Part shown: piece after piece, positions 46,305-54,984 of the stretch
Layout of the letters: each line of letters opens with the position of its first letter
Numbering within the stretch: the stretch's first letter is position 1
Origin: Gemmatimonadota bacterium
Lineage (GTDB): Bacteria; Gemmatimonadota; Gemmatimonadetes; Gemmatimonadales; GWC2-71-9
Reading direction: 5' to 3'
DNA: 64,000 bases
Assembly (NCBI GenBank): GCA_041500125.1
Contig: JBGQLP010000003.1
Coordinates: 56,751-120,750, forward strand
Position numbers and translations under genes: made by a program
Notes under the pieces: generated by a model
Told to the model about the DNA's origin: nothing
The model's input: the letters and a program-made list of their open reading frames with translations, nothing else
Database searches by the model: none

Positions 46305-46763
46305 CTATTCGAACGATCGTGTTCCAGTTGCGGGTGGCACGTGGTCCTGAGGGGCCTGGCGAACCGCGGCTCGGAGATCCCGGGTCCATCCCTCGGCGTC
46401 TCCGTCGGGCGGCTCGAACGACCAGAGCACTTCGGCCCGACCCTGCCCCACGCGCACGCGCACTCGTCTTCCATCCCGCTCAATCGTCACGTCGCGACGA
46501 GTGCGAGGTGTGACCTCCAGCCCCACCTTCGAATTCTTGTGTATCAGAATGGTGATTGGAGTGACCACGATGGAGGCGCGCCGGTCTTCCCAGCGGGTGC
46601 TCCGGCGTCCGGGTGCCTCGGTGTAGCGAAAGGTCAGGTCGGCTGCCCGCCGCACCACGCCTTCTCTTTCCACTCGAGCCTCGAGATCGGCCGGCAGCCG
46701 GGCGGTGGACTCTGCACCGCAACCGAGAAGCAGCAGGCTTACCCTGAGATGTCGCGGACGCAC
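46305..46763 (-). CDS. lipoprotein of unknown function
   Basis: N-terminus MRPRHLRVSLLLLGCG (lipobox). Charged beta-rich body. Confidence 0.5.
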   Translation of the reverse strand: MRPRHLRVSLLLLGCGAESTARLPADLEARVEREGVVRRAADLTFRYTEAPGRRSTRWEDRRASIVVTPITILIHKNSKVGLEVTPRTRRDVTIERDGRRVRVRVGQGRAEVLWSFEPPDGDAEGWTRDLRAAVRQAPQDHVPPATGTRSFE

Positions 46764-46895
46764 GCTAAGACCTCACCGGGTCGCCGCCCGACAAAAGTGA
46801 CGCAAATGAGCCGCCACAAGGCGATATTGCGACACACTGCGTCTAGCAGATGTCGCAATCGGGGCCCTACCCTCGGCGCTTGGAGTGAATGGTAT

Positions 46896-47246
46896 ATGTC
46901 GACCTGGCTTCGAATCTCCGCCCTTTTTTTCGTTCTGGCAACCGCCTGCCACAGCGGAGCTCCGGGCGACACGGTGCCGGCCGAGCAGACCCGCGCCCGC
47001 ATCGAGAATCAAAACTCGGTGGACCTGGATATCTATGTGCGCCGAAACGACGGGCGGGTCAGCCGGCTGGGCTTTGTGCCGGCCAATGAGAACGCCACTT
47101 TCGCGTTGCCAGCAGGTCTGACCGCAGGCAGCGCGTGGATTCAGTTCGAGGCCAGACCCTCTCGGGGGTCGGGCGAGCCTGCCGTGAGTGAGCAGTTTCC
47201 GGTAAAGCAGGGAGACGAGATTACCTGGTCGGTGCCGCCGCAGTAG
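46896..47246 (+). CDS. small lipoprotein of unknown function
   Basis: ATG at 46896 gives MSTWLRISALFFVLATAC (lipobox). The upstream part of the 343-aa track ORF is antisense to other genes and was rejected. Confidence 0.6.
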   Translation: MSTWLRISALFFVLATACHSGAPGDTVPAEQTRARIENQNSVDLDIYVRRNDGRVSRLGFVPANENATFALPAGLTAGSAWIQFEARPSRGSGEPAVSEQFPVKQGDEITWSVPPQ

Positions 47247-47286
47247 CAGGGAGCCGGAGCTGATGCGAGCGTCAAGTGCAGGGTAA

Positions 47287-47372
47287 TGCCCGGAGCGAGA
47301 CTCGAACTCGCACGGCGCTTACGCGCCAAGGGATTTTAAGTCCCTTGCGTCTACCGATTCCGCCACCCGGGC
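47287..47372 (-). tRNA. tRNA-Leu (anticodon UAA), 86 nt with long variable arm, CCA not encoded
   Basis: Manual cloverleaf: acceptor GCCCGGG/TCCGGGC, D arm GCG..CGC, anticodon arm AGGGA-CTTAAAA-TCCCT, variable arm GGCGC-GTAA-GCGCC, T arm GCGAG-TTCGAGT-CTCGC, discriminator A. Confidence 0.93.
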
Positions 47373-47673
47373 TAGAAAACGTTCTGTCCTACGGAGCGTT
47401 GACGCGCACCCCACCGCTCGTGAGTTGGGTCCGCCCGGCTGCCCTGCGGTCACCCGGCCGGTCACCAAGTCAACCGACGCGATCGTCGCGACCTCAGAGG
47501 ACCACCGGAGGGTGGACGGCGTGGCATCCGGTGGCAGGCATTCCCGCGACGCCAGCGCGGCATGGAGGCAGGGACTCTCCACAGGCCCATAGCAGAAACG
47601 CGACCGGCAAAAATGCGGCCCCACCGAGTCGCATCGGCACCCACCTCCCGGGGGGATACCCCAATATACCGCT

Positions 47674-48837
47674 TCAATCGGGAAGCGGTTCCCGGCGCAC
47701 GCCGGCCGAAGCTCGGGTGCTCCAAGTCGCGGGCGAACGACCGAAGCCTCTCTCGAAGTCGCCCGTGATCTCCGCCACGATCCGCGCCTCTCGCTTAGCC
47801 GGCGCGAGCACGACGACTGCCCCACCCCAGCCCGCGCCGGTGAGTCGCGCGCCGTACGCCCCATGCGCGACCGCCGACTCGACGATGAGATCCGCCTCGG
47901 GAACGGTGGATTCATAGTCGCGCCGGAGCGACTCATGGCCTTCCACCAGCAAGCGGCCCAGCCGCTCCAGGTCGCCGACGGCGAGTGCCGCCGCAGCCGC
48001 CCGCGTGCGCGCCGTCTCGGTGATGATGTGGCGAGCCCGGGGCACCAGAGGCGGGGGAAGGCGACGCTCCATTTCGGGCACATCTCCGAGCGGGAGCTGC
48101 GCCAGATAGGTGAGGCCGGGGCGCCAATCCCGGCAGAATGCCAGCGCTTCCTCGCACTCGCGGCGCCGCTGATTGAGTGAGCCGCCGGTAAGGCGGTGGG
48201 ACAATCCGGTCTCCACAATCCAGAGCCGGCTCGCGAGAGGCACCCGTTGCAGGGTGCCGGTTGCCGTTTCGAACAGGAGAGCCGAACCCCGCTGGCCATG
48301 CGCCGCGATGGTCTGATCCATCCGGCCGCAGCGTACGCCCACTTGGTGATATTCGGCGCGAAACGCCACGTCGGCCAACTGGCCTGGGGAGAGCCGCCGG
48401 CCTGCGAGCAGGCTCAACGCTTTCGCAGTGGCCACAGTGAGCGCGGCTGATGAAGACAGGCCGGCTCCGATCGGCAGCGTCGTGGCTACCGCGATCTCGG
48501 CCCCCGGCGGCGCCGCTCTGAGCGCACGCAGCTCACGTACGACCCCAACGATGTAGTCGGTCCACTCCCGTCGCATCGGCGCCTCAACTTCTACTTGGCG
48601 AATCTCCGGCTGGGTATCCGAGACCAGCACCCACCCATCGGCCGGTCGAGCCACCGCCGCCGTACGCCGCTCGACGGTCACCGGCAACACCGGGCCGCCG
48701 TTGTAATCGGTATGCTCCCCGATCAAATTGACCCGCCCCGGAGCCGATGCGGCCACTGTGGGACGGGTGGCAAAGCTCGCCCTAAACAGCGAACTTGCGA
48801 GCCTTGCTGCGGATAGAGCGTTGACGCGGGACGGCAT
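47674..48837 (-). CDS. galK: galactokinase
   Basis: Motifs APGRVNLIGEHTDYNGG, GAGLSSSAA and TGAGWGG. ATG at 48837 gives family-like N-terminal spacing; ATG at 48861 is an alternative. The track start at 49125 was rejected. Confidence 0.9.
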   Translation of the reverse strand: MPSRVNALSAARLASSLFRASFATRPTVAASAPGRVNLIGEHTDYNGGPVLPVTVERRTAAVARPADGWVLVSDTQPEIRQVEVEAPMRREWTDYIVGVVRELRALRAAPPGAEIAVATTLPIGAGLSSSAALTVATAKALSLLAGRRLSPGQLADVAFRAEYHQVGVRCGRMDQTIAAHGQRGSALLFETATGTLQRVPLASRLWIVETGLSHRLTGGSLNQRRRECEEALAFCRDWRPGLTYLAQLPLGDVPEMERRLPPPLVPRARHIITETARTRAAAAALAVGDLERLGRLLVEGHESLRRDYESTVPEADLIVESAVAHGAYGARLTGAGWGGAVVVLAPAKREARIVAEITGDFERGFGRSPATWSTRASAGVRREPLPD

Positions 48838-48852
48838 CTCTCGGGAGGGACT

Positions 48853-50409
48853 TTGGGGCATTGCGCGTGGCGCCTCGGAATTGTTGCCTGTCTGGTTGTG
48901 CCATCGCAGATCCGGGCGCAGCTCCCTCCGGTCGGTGTGCCCGGCGGAGTGCTCCGCGTGGAGCTCGACGGCGCGCTGGAAACGTTCGACCGGCGCTTCC
49001 GGGAAGGACATCTCGAGGGCTACGGAGCCGACCTTTCCAGCCCCGCGCTGGGCAGCGATCGGATCCCGCTCCTGACCGACGTCGACGCGCGGGTCGGCCG
49101 GATCATCGGCAATAGCGGCTACCACATCAATCTAGGGACCTTGACCACCGACGCCCATGCCGACGTGGGCACCGGATTTCTGGGACTCAGCCTGGGGCTG
49201 ACCGGACCGATCACGCTCTTCGGCCGGATTCCGCTGGTGCGCACCCGGGTCCAATCGGCTGTGCGGTTGAATTCCGCCGGTGCCGACGGCGGTCCCAACC
49301 CGGGAATCGGTAACCAGTCTGCTTTCTTCGGTCAGTTCGACGCGGCCCTCACTACCCTGAGCAACAAGCTGGCTGCGGGCGACTATGATGCGAACCCCAG
49401 CCAGAAGGCATTGGCTCAAGCTACCCTGGCGGATGCCACCGCGGTCAGGACCGACCTCTTCGGACTCCTCGCCGATCCCACCACCGCCTCCGATGTCATT
49501 CCCACGGCATCGAGCCCCGCAGGGACCGCGGTAGACGCGCGGATAGCCGCGCTGCAAACCACGCTTTCCAGTCTCAACGTCCCCGGTTTCACCCTCACCC
49601 CGGGTCTGCCATCGGCCCCACTGACGGAGGCCGAGCTGGACCAGTACCTGACCTCGCCGGGCGGTCCCCTCGCGCTGCGCCTGGACCAGGCGAAGATCAC
49701 CTTCCGGGGTGACGCGGAGGCTGGTGCCGCACTGACCCTGGTAGACCGGTGGGACCGGAACCGGCGCGGCGGGTTACGGGCAGCGGTCTCCGGGCTGGTT
49801 CGATTTCCTACCGGGCGCCGCGACAGCCCCGACCGCCCGCTCGACATCGGCACCGGAGACGGGCAGACCGATCTGCAGCTCGATGCCGTCACCGATATCG
49901 GAGCCGGATCGCTCGGCGCGCGTCTGAGCGGCACCTATGTCCGGCAATTGCCCGGCACCATCCTCGCCCGAGTGACCCGTCCCAGCCAACCAATCGTGGG
50001 ACCTGACCGGCTCACGCGGGTTCGATGGGACCCGGGCGATATCGTGTCCATCGGTGTCCGGCCGTTCTACCGGCTGGCTCGCACCATCGCGCTGCAGGCT
50101 GGGGTGGAGCACTGGTTGCGCGGCACCGATCGCTATTCGTATCCCACACCCGCTGATTCGCTACCGAACATCGATCCGAACATCATGGCGGAGGAATCGA
50201 AGGCGAACGCGACCATGCTTTCGGTGGGCATCACCTACTCGAACCCGGGCGGACTCAGACCCGGAGGAACCGGGTGGCCGGTGGACGCGAGCTGGAGCTA
50301 TGAGCGGATCTTACGGGCGGGAGGGGGCCGGGTACCGGACACTCATCGAGTGTCGGCGCGGTTCCGGGTGTATTTCGGAGTGTGGCAATCCTCGCCACGA
50401 ACACGGTGA
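48853..50409 (+). CDS. large secreted protein, possibly outer-membrane beta-barrel
   Basis: TTG at 48853 is preceded by GGAGGG. Signal-like segment LGIVACLVVPSQIRAQ. The C-terminal third has alternating beta-strand-like segments and ends near ...RFRVYFGVW. No family recognised. Confidence 0.6.
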   Translation: MGHCAWRLGIVACLVVPSQIRAQLPPVGVPGGVLRVELDGALETFDRRFREGHLEGYGADLSSPALGSDRIPLLTDVDARVGRIIGNSGYHINLGTLTTDAHADVGTGFLGLSLGLTGPITLFGRIPLVRTRVQSAVRLNSAGADGGPNPGIGNQSAFFGQFDAALTTLSNKLAAGDYDANPSQKALAQATLADATAVRTDLFGLLADPTTASDVIPTASSPAGTAVDARIAALQTTLSSLNVPGFTLTPGLPSAPLTEAELDQYLTSPGGPLALRLDQAKITFRGDAEAGAALTLVDRWDRNRRGGLRAAVSGLVRFPTGRRDSPDRPLDIGTGDGQTDLQLDAVTDIGAGSLGARLSGTYVRQLPGTILARVTRPSQPIVGPDRLTRVRWDPGDIVSIGVRPFYRLARTIALQAGVEHWLRGTDRYSYPTPADSLPNIDPNIMAEESKANATMLSVGITYSNPGGLRPGGTGWPVDASWSYERILRAGGGRVPDTHRVSARFRVYFGVWQSSPRTR

Positions 50410-50411
50410 GC

Positions 50412-52085
50412 TTACCGCTGCTTGACCGGTGCGGCTGTCCGGAGCATCGCCTGCGCGTGCCGCCTGGCCGCATCCCCCTCACTGTCACCCAGCATCCGCG
50501 CGATCTCGTTGACCCGGTCCTCCCCGTGAAGCACCTGCACGTCGCTGGTGGCGATCCCTCGCTTGGCCTCCTTGGAGACCACGAGGTGGCTGTCCGCCCG
50601 GGCGGCGATCTGGGGCAGGTGAGTGATCACCAGCACCTGATGCCGTTCCGCCACCTCAGCCAGCGCGGCGCCGACCTGCACCCCCACCTCTCCCCCGATT
50701 CCCTGATCCACTTCATCGAACACCAGGGTGGCGATGGCGTCGTGCTTCACCAGGACGACCTTCAGCGCGAGCATCAGTCGGGAGAGCTCACCGCCGGACG
50801 CCACCTTGGCGAGAGGCTTGGCCTCCAGGCCCAGGTTGAGCTGCACATTGAGCTGGACGCTTTCCTGCCCGTGGGGTCCCGGCTCCGCCAGAGGCAGCAG
50901 CACCGCTGAAAGCTTCCCGCCGGGCAGCCCGAGCCGGGGCAGCAACCGGTTGACTCCGCGGGCCAGCCGGTCCGCGGTCTCACGCCGCTTGGCCCCCAGT
51001 GCCGCCGCCGCCGCATTGAGTCCGGCCTCCGCCGCCGAGCGTCGGGCGGCAAGCCCGCGGAGGTCGGTGTCCGCGGTGTCCAGCAGGTCGAGCTCGGCCG
51101 CCGCCTCATCCCGCGTGGCCAGCACCGCCTCGAGCGACGCGCCATACTTGCCGCTGAGGCGGAAGAGGAGATCGCGCCGGCGCTCCACTTCGGCCAACCG
51201 ATCGGGATCCTCTTGCACCGACGCCGCATACTCGGTGGCGAGGCGAGTGAGCTCGGAGACATTGGCGTAGGCCGAGTCAAGCATCTCCCGCCACTCTCCG
51301 GTAGCAGGGTCGGCCTTCTCGAGGGTGGTGAGCGCGCGGTTGGCGACGCCAAGCGCGCCGAGAGCATTTCCCGCCTCGCCTTCGAGAGCGTCGACCATGC
51401 GCTGAGCCTGTTCGACCAGTGCGCCGGCCTGGCTCAGTCGCCGGGCCTCCACCTGCAGGGCCTCATCTTCGCCCGGCTTGATCTTCGCCGCGTCGATCTC
51501 GTCCACCACGTGGCGCAGGTAGTCCGCTCGCCGGCGCACCTCGTCCCGCCGGGCCGCCAGGGATGATTCCTCGGCCCGGAGCGCGGCCACGCTCGCGTAC
51601 GCGTCGGCTACCGCACCGCGTTCCGCCTCGGCGTGGGCAAAGGCGTCGAGGATGTCGCGCTGCGCCTCCGCATGGAGCAGCGACTGGGTCTCGTGCTGTC
51701 CGTGGAGATCCACCAGCAGGGCGCCCAGCTCCGCCAGCACCGCAGCGGTCGTCGGGCTGCCATTGACCCACGCGCGGGAGCGGCCCTCGGCCGAGATCTC
51801 GCGCCGGATCACCACCCTGCCTTCTTCGACGTCGAGACCGAGCTCCTCTATGCGCCGGCGGGTGGCCGGGTCGATCCCCTCGAAGGCCCCCTCAACCACC
51901 GACTTCGAGGCGCCCGGCCGCACGCTGCCACTCGCGGCCCGCTCTCCCAGCAGGAGGGCGAGCGCGTCCACCAGCATCGACTTCCCTGCCCCGGTCTCCC
52001 CGGTGAGCACATTGAGGCCGGAGCCGAGCTGCAGGGTGACGTCGGCGATGGTGGCGAGGTCGCGGACTCGCAGCTCGGCGATCAT
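50412..52085 (-). CDS. recN: DNA repair protein RecN
   Basis: N-terminus MIAELRVRDLATIADVTLQL, Walker A GETGAGKS, long coiled coil, and C-terminal SGGELSRLMLAL...LVFDEVD. ATG at 52085 forms an ATGA overlap with the nadK stop. Confidence 0.93.
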   Translation of the reverse strand: MIAELRVRDLATIADVTLQLGSGLNVLTGETGAGKSMLVDALALLLGERAASGSVRPGASKSVVEGAFEGIDPATRRRIEELGLDVEEGRVVIRREISAEGRSRAWVNGSPTTAAVLAELGALLVDLHGQHETQSLLHAEAQRDILDAFAHAEAERGAVADAYASVAALRAEESSLAARRDEVRRRADYLRHVVDEIDAAKIKPGEDEALQVEARRLSQAGALVEQAQRMVDALEGEAGNALGALGVANRALTTLEKADPATGEWREMLDSAYANVSELTRLATEYAASVQEDPDRLAEVERRRDLLFRLSGKYGASLEAVLATRDEAAAELDLLDTADTDLRGLAARRSAAEAGLNAAAAALGAKRRETADRLARGVNRLLPRLGLPGGKLSAVLLPLAEPGPHGQESVQLNVQLNLGLEAKPLAKVASGGELSRLMLALKVVLVKHDAIATLVFDEVDQGIGGEVGVQVGAALAEVAERHQVLVITHLPQIAARADSHLVVSKEAKRGIATSDVQVLHGEDRVNEIARMLGDSEGDAARRHAQAMLRTAAPVKQR

Positions 52086-52951
52086 TCCTTCAGCTCCCTT
52101 CCCGAGAGATCGCCCCAGTGAAGCTTCTGTCGCATCCGTCCGAAAAACCCTTCGTCCCCGAGACGGATGAGGGACACGCGATGCTCCGCCCGGCAGACCT
52201 CGACCGACTCGCCGGGCGCGAGGGTGGTTCCGGTCTGGCCGTCGAAGGAGACCAGGAGATCGTCGGACCACCCGGCGATCGGCTCGATGACGATGCGATA
52301 GGTGGCCGGGACTACGAGTGGCCGCACGGCGAGCGTGTGAGCCGCGACAGGGGTCACCACCATGGCTTCGACCCCAGGCACGACGATGGGGCCACCGGCG
52401 CTGAGGCTGTACGCAGTCGAGCCGGTAGGGGTGGCGACGATGAGGCCATCGGCGCTGTACGGTCCGACATTCTCACCTTGGATGTAGACGTTCACCCGGA
52501 TGACGCGCGCGACGCCGCCCTTGTGGACGGCGACGTCATTCACCGCCATCTGAGTGGAGCGGGTCTCGCCTTCGGCATCGCGAATGCCGGCCCGGAGAGC
52601 CTGACGCCGCTCGATCTGGTACCGTCCGGCAACCAGGGCGTCGAGCGCCAGGTCCACCGTGTCCAGGGTGGCGGTGGTGAGGAAGCCCACCCGGCCGAGA
52701 TTGACGCCCAGAATGGGGATTTCCTGGGCGCCCAGCAGCCGGGCTCCCCGCAGTAAGGTCCCGTCCCCGCCGAAGGTGATGAGCGCGTCGAGATGGACCG
52801 AGTCGAAGGGAGGAACCTTCCGATTCCAGAACGGCTCGAGTCGCGGCTCGCTGTAGAGGGAGATGCCTCGCTCCGGTGCCGCGACGGCCACGTGCTCCAG
52901 GACGCCCTTGAGATCCGCGTACCGCGGGTTGCCAACGACGCCGACCTTCAT
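52082..52951 (-). CDS. nadK: NAD kinase
   Basis: Motifs GGDGTLL and TPTGSTAYSLSAGGP. Confidence 0.92.
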   Translation of the reverse strand: MKVGVVGNPRYADLKGVLEHVAVAAPERGISLYSEPRLEPFWNRKVPPFDSVHLDALITFGGDGTLLRGARLLGAQEIPILGVNLGRVGFLTTATLDTVDLALDALVAGRYQIERRQALRAGIRDAEGETRSTQMAVNDVAVHKGGVARVIRVNVYIQGENVGPYSADGLIVATPTGSTAYSLSAGGPIVVPGVEAMVVTPVAAHTLAVRPLVVPATYRIVIEPIAGWSDDLLVSFDGQTGTTLAPGESVEVCRAEHRVSLIRLGDEGFFGRMRQKLHWGDLSGRELKE

Positions 52952-54843
52952 CGGGCCTCGAGAGTCTCCTCGTGCTGCAACGCCCCGATGCGCCGGGCGA
53001 TTCCTGCGGCGGTGAGCCCGAAGCTCTCCAACTGCTCGGCCCGGGGAGCCTGCTCGATGAGCCGGTCGGGCACGCCCAGGGCTACGACTCGAACCTCCGG
53101 ATGGGTGGTCTGGAGCGTCTCAGCCAGGTAAGCGCCGAACCCGTTCACGATGGTGCCCTCCTCGACCGTCACCAGGATCCGGTGCTGTTGGGTGAGCGAT
53201 TCCAGCATGGCCAGGTCCATCGGCTTGAGGAACCGGCAGTTGACTACCGCGCAGTCGATCCCGTCGGCAGCCAGCAGCTCGGCGGCCGCGACCGCTGGCA
53301 ATACCATGGTGCCCACCGCGAGGATGGCCACATCCTTCCCTCGCCGGAGCTGCTCCCAGGTACCGTAGGGGACGGGAGCGATTTCCGAGACCGGGCTCAG
53401 CTCGGCGGGTGCCTTGTCCCGGGGATAGCGGGTGCTGAACGGTCCATCGTGGGTCACAGCGGTGCGCAGGAGGCCAACCAGCTCATTGCCGTCCTTGGGC
53501 GCGGTCACCGTCATCCCCGGCACGGCCAGCATGTACGCGATGTCGTAGAGTCCCATGTGGGTCTGCCCGTCCTCGCCCACGAGACCCGCGCGGTCCATCG
53601 AGAACACCACCGGGAGGTGCTGCACCGCCACATCGTGGATGACGTTGTCGTATGCCCGCTGGAGGAAGGTGCTGTAGATCGCGCACACCGGCCGGATACC
53701 CTGGGTGGCCAGACCTCCGGCGAACGTCACCGCGTGGCCTTCGGCGATCCCGACATCGAAGAAGCGCTCGGGATACTTCTCCTGAAAGACGCTGGTGCCA
53801 GTGCCCGACGGCATGGCGGCGGTGACCGCCACCAGCTCGGGATGCTCCGCCGCCAGCGCCGTGAGCCCGGTGCCGAAGACCTGGGTCCAGGTCGGTGGGC
53901 CGCTGGATTTCTTGCGCGCTTCACCCGTGACCGGGTCGTACGCGGCCAGACCGTGCCACTTCTCCTGATTGGACTCGGCGAAGGAGAAGCCCTTTCCCTT
54001 CTGGGTCATCACGTGGAGTACCCGCGGGCCGGTCATCCCGCGAACGAATCGCAGGGTGTCGCAGAGCTTCTGGAGATCGTGGCCATCGATGGGCCCGAAG
54101 TAGCGGAAGCCCAGCTCCTCGAAGAGCATGCCCGGCGAGAAGAGGTTCTTGACGCTCTCCTCCACGTTCTTCGCGAAGTCGACCACGCCCTCGCCGAAGA
54201 CCCCCCGCAGCGCAAAGGTCATCCCTTTGATCCGCTCGCGTAGCCGGTTGGTCCGTGGGTCGGCAACGATCCGGCCCAGCATCTTGCTGATCGCCCCGAC
54301 ATTGGGCGAGATCGACATGCCGTTGTCGTTCACGATCAGGATGATGTCGCGCTCGGAGTGGCCCGCGTTGTTCATCCCCTCGTACGAGAGCCCACAGGTG
54401 AGGGCGCCGTCGCCAACGACCGCCACGACTTTGTGCTGCTCACCCTTGAGATCCCGCGCGGTGGCCATGCCGAGCGCGGCTGACATTGCGGTGCCCGCGT
54501 GGCCGGCGCCGAACTGATCGTGGTCGCTCTCGCTTCGTTTGAGGAATCCGGAGATCCCGCCCTCCTGCCGCAAGGTGGGGAACCGGTCGTTCCGGCCGGT
54601 GAGCAGCTTCCAGGCATAGGCCTGGTGGCCGACGTCCCAGACGATCTTGTCCCCGGGTGAGTCAAACTCATAGAGGAGGGCGATGCTCAGCTCGACCACA
54701 CCCAGGCTGGCGCCGATGTGACCGCCGGTGATCGAGCAGCACTCGATGAGGCGGTCGCGGATCTCCTGGGCCAACTCGGGGAGTTGGTCCCGACGCAGGC
54801 GCTTGAGATCCTCTGGGGACCTGATAGTAGCGAGCAAAGACAT
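52948..54843 (-). CDS. dxs: 1-deoxy-D-xylulose-5-phosphate synthase
   Basis: Motifs GGHIGASLGVVEL and GDGALTCGLSYEGMNNAG, at 631 aa. Confidence 0.95.
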   Translation of the reverse strand: MSLLATIRSPEDLKRLRRDQLPELAQEIRDRLIECCSITGGHIGASLGVVELSIALLYEFDSPGDKIVWDVGHQAYAWKLLTGRNDRFPTLRQEGGISGFLKRSESDHDQFGAGHAGTAMSAALGMATARDLKGEQHKVVAVVGDGALTCGLSYEGMNNAGHSERDIILIVNDNGMSISPNVGAISKMLGRIVADPRTNRLRERIKGMTFALRGVFGEGVVDFAKNVEESVKNLFSPGMLFEELGFRYFGPIDGHDLQKLCDTLRFVRGMTGPRVLHVMTQKGKGFSFAESNQEKWHGLAAYDPVTGEARKKSSGPPTWTQVFGTGLTALAAEHPELVAVTAAMPSGTGTSVFQEKYPERFFDVGIAEGHAVTFAGGLATQGIRPVCAIYSTFLQRAYDNVIHDVAVQHLPVVFSMDRAGLVGEDGQTHMGLYDIAYMLAVPGMTVTAPKDGNELVGLLRTAVTHDGPFSTRYPRDKAPAELSPVSEIAPVPYGTWEQLRRGKDVAILAVGTMVLPAVAAAELLAADGIDCAVVNCRFLKPMDLAMLESLTQQHRILVTVEEGTIVNGFGAYLAETLQTTHPEVRVVALGVPDRLIEQAPRAEQLESFGLTAAGIARRIGALQHEETLEAR

Positions 54844-54863
54844 GGCGGTTCGGGCCGAGGTTT

Positions 54864-54955
54864 CCTCATCCCGAGGGAGCGCTGCGACCGAGGGACCTTA
54901 CCCGCGGGGTTTCCGGAGCCCGCTGGCTAGGTCCCTCGCTACGCTCGGGATGAGG
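54864..54955 (-). promoter_or_regulatory. nested inverted-repeat element in the ispA-dxs spacer
   Basis: Outer 12-bp perfect inverted repeat CCTCATCCCGAG (54864..54875) / CTCGGGATGAGG (54944..54955). Inner 9-bp perfect inverted repeat CGAGGGACC (54889..54897) / GGTCCCTCG (54930..54938). It ends 21 nt upstream of the dxs ATG and has no U-tract. Confidence 0.5.
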
Positions 54956-54984
54956 ATAAAGGTGTCAGCTGCGCACGACTATTC

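Noticed and set aside
46215-46895. Upstream two-thirds of the 343-aa plus-strand ORF 46215..47246.
   Set aside because: It is antisense to the HExxH gene 5' region and the lipoprotein gene 46305..46763, and its sequence is junk-like. Only the last 116 codons, starting with a lipoprotein signal at 46896, look real.
33400-47372. Possible integrated mobile element targeting tRNA-Leu(UAA).
   Set aside because: There is no integrase, transposase, phage or conjugation gene. I saw no repeat of the tRNA 3' end in the window. Third-position G/C bias of the local genes looks like the rest of the window.
54844-54984. TPP riboswitch upstream of the thiamine-diphosphate-dependent dxs.
   Set aside because: The conserved TPP aptamer cores (CUGAGA and ACCUGAUC-GGAUAAUGCC type) are absent on either strand. 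The element is retained only as an unclassified inverted repeat.
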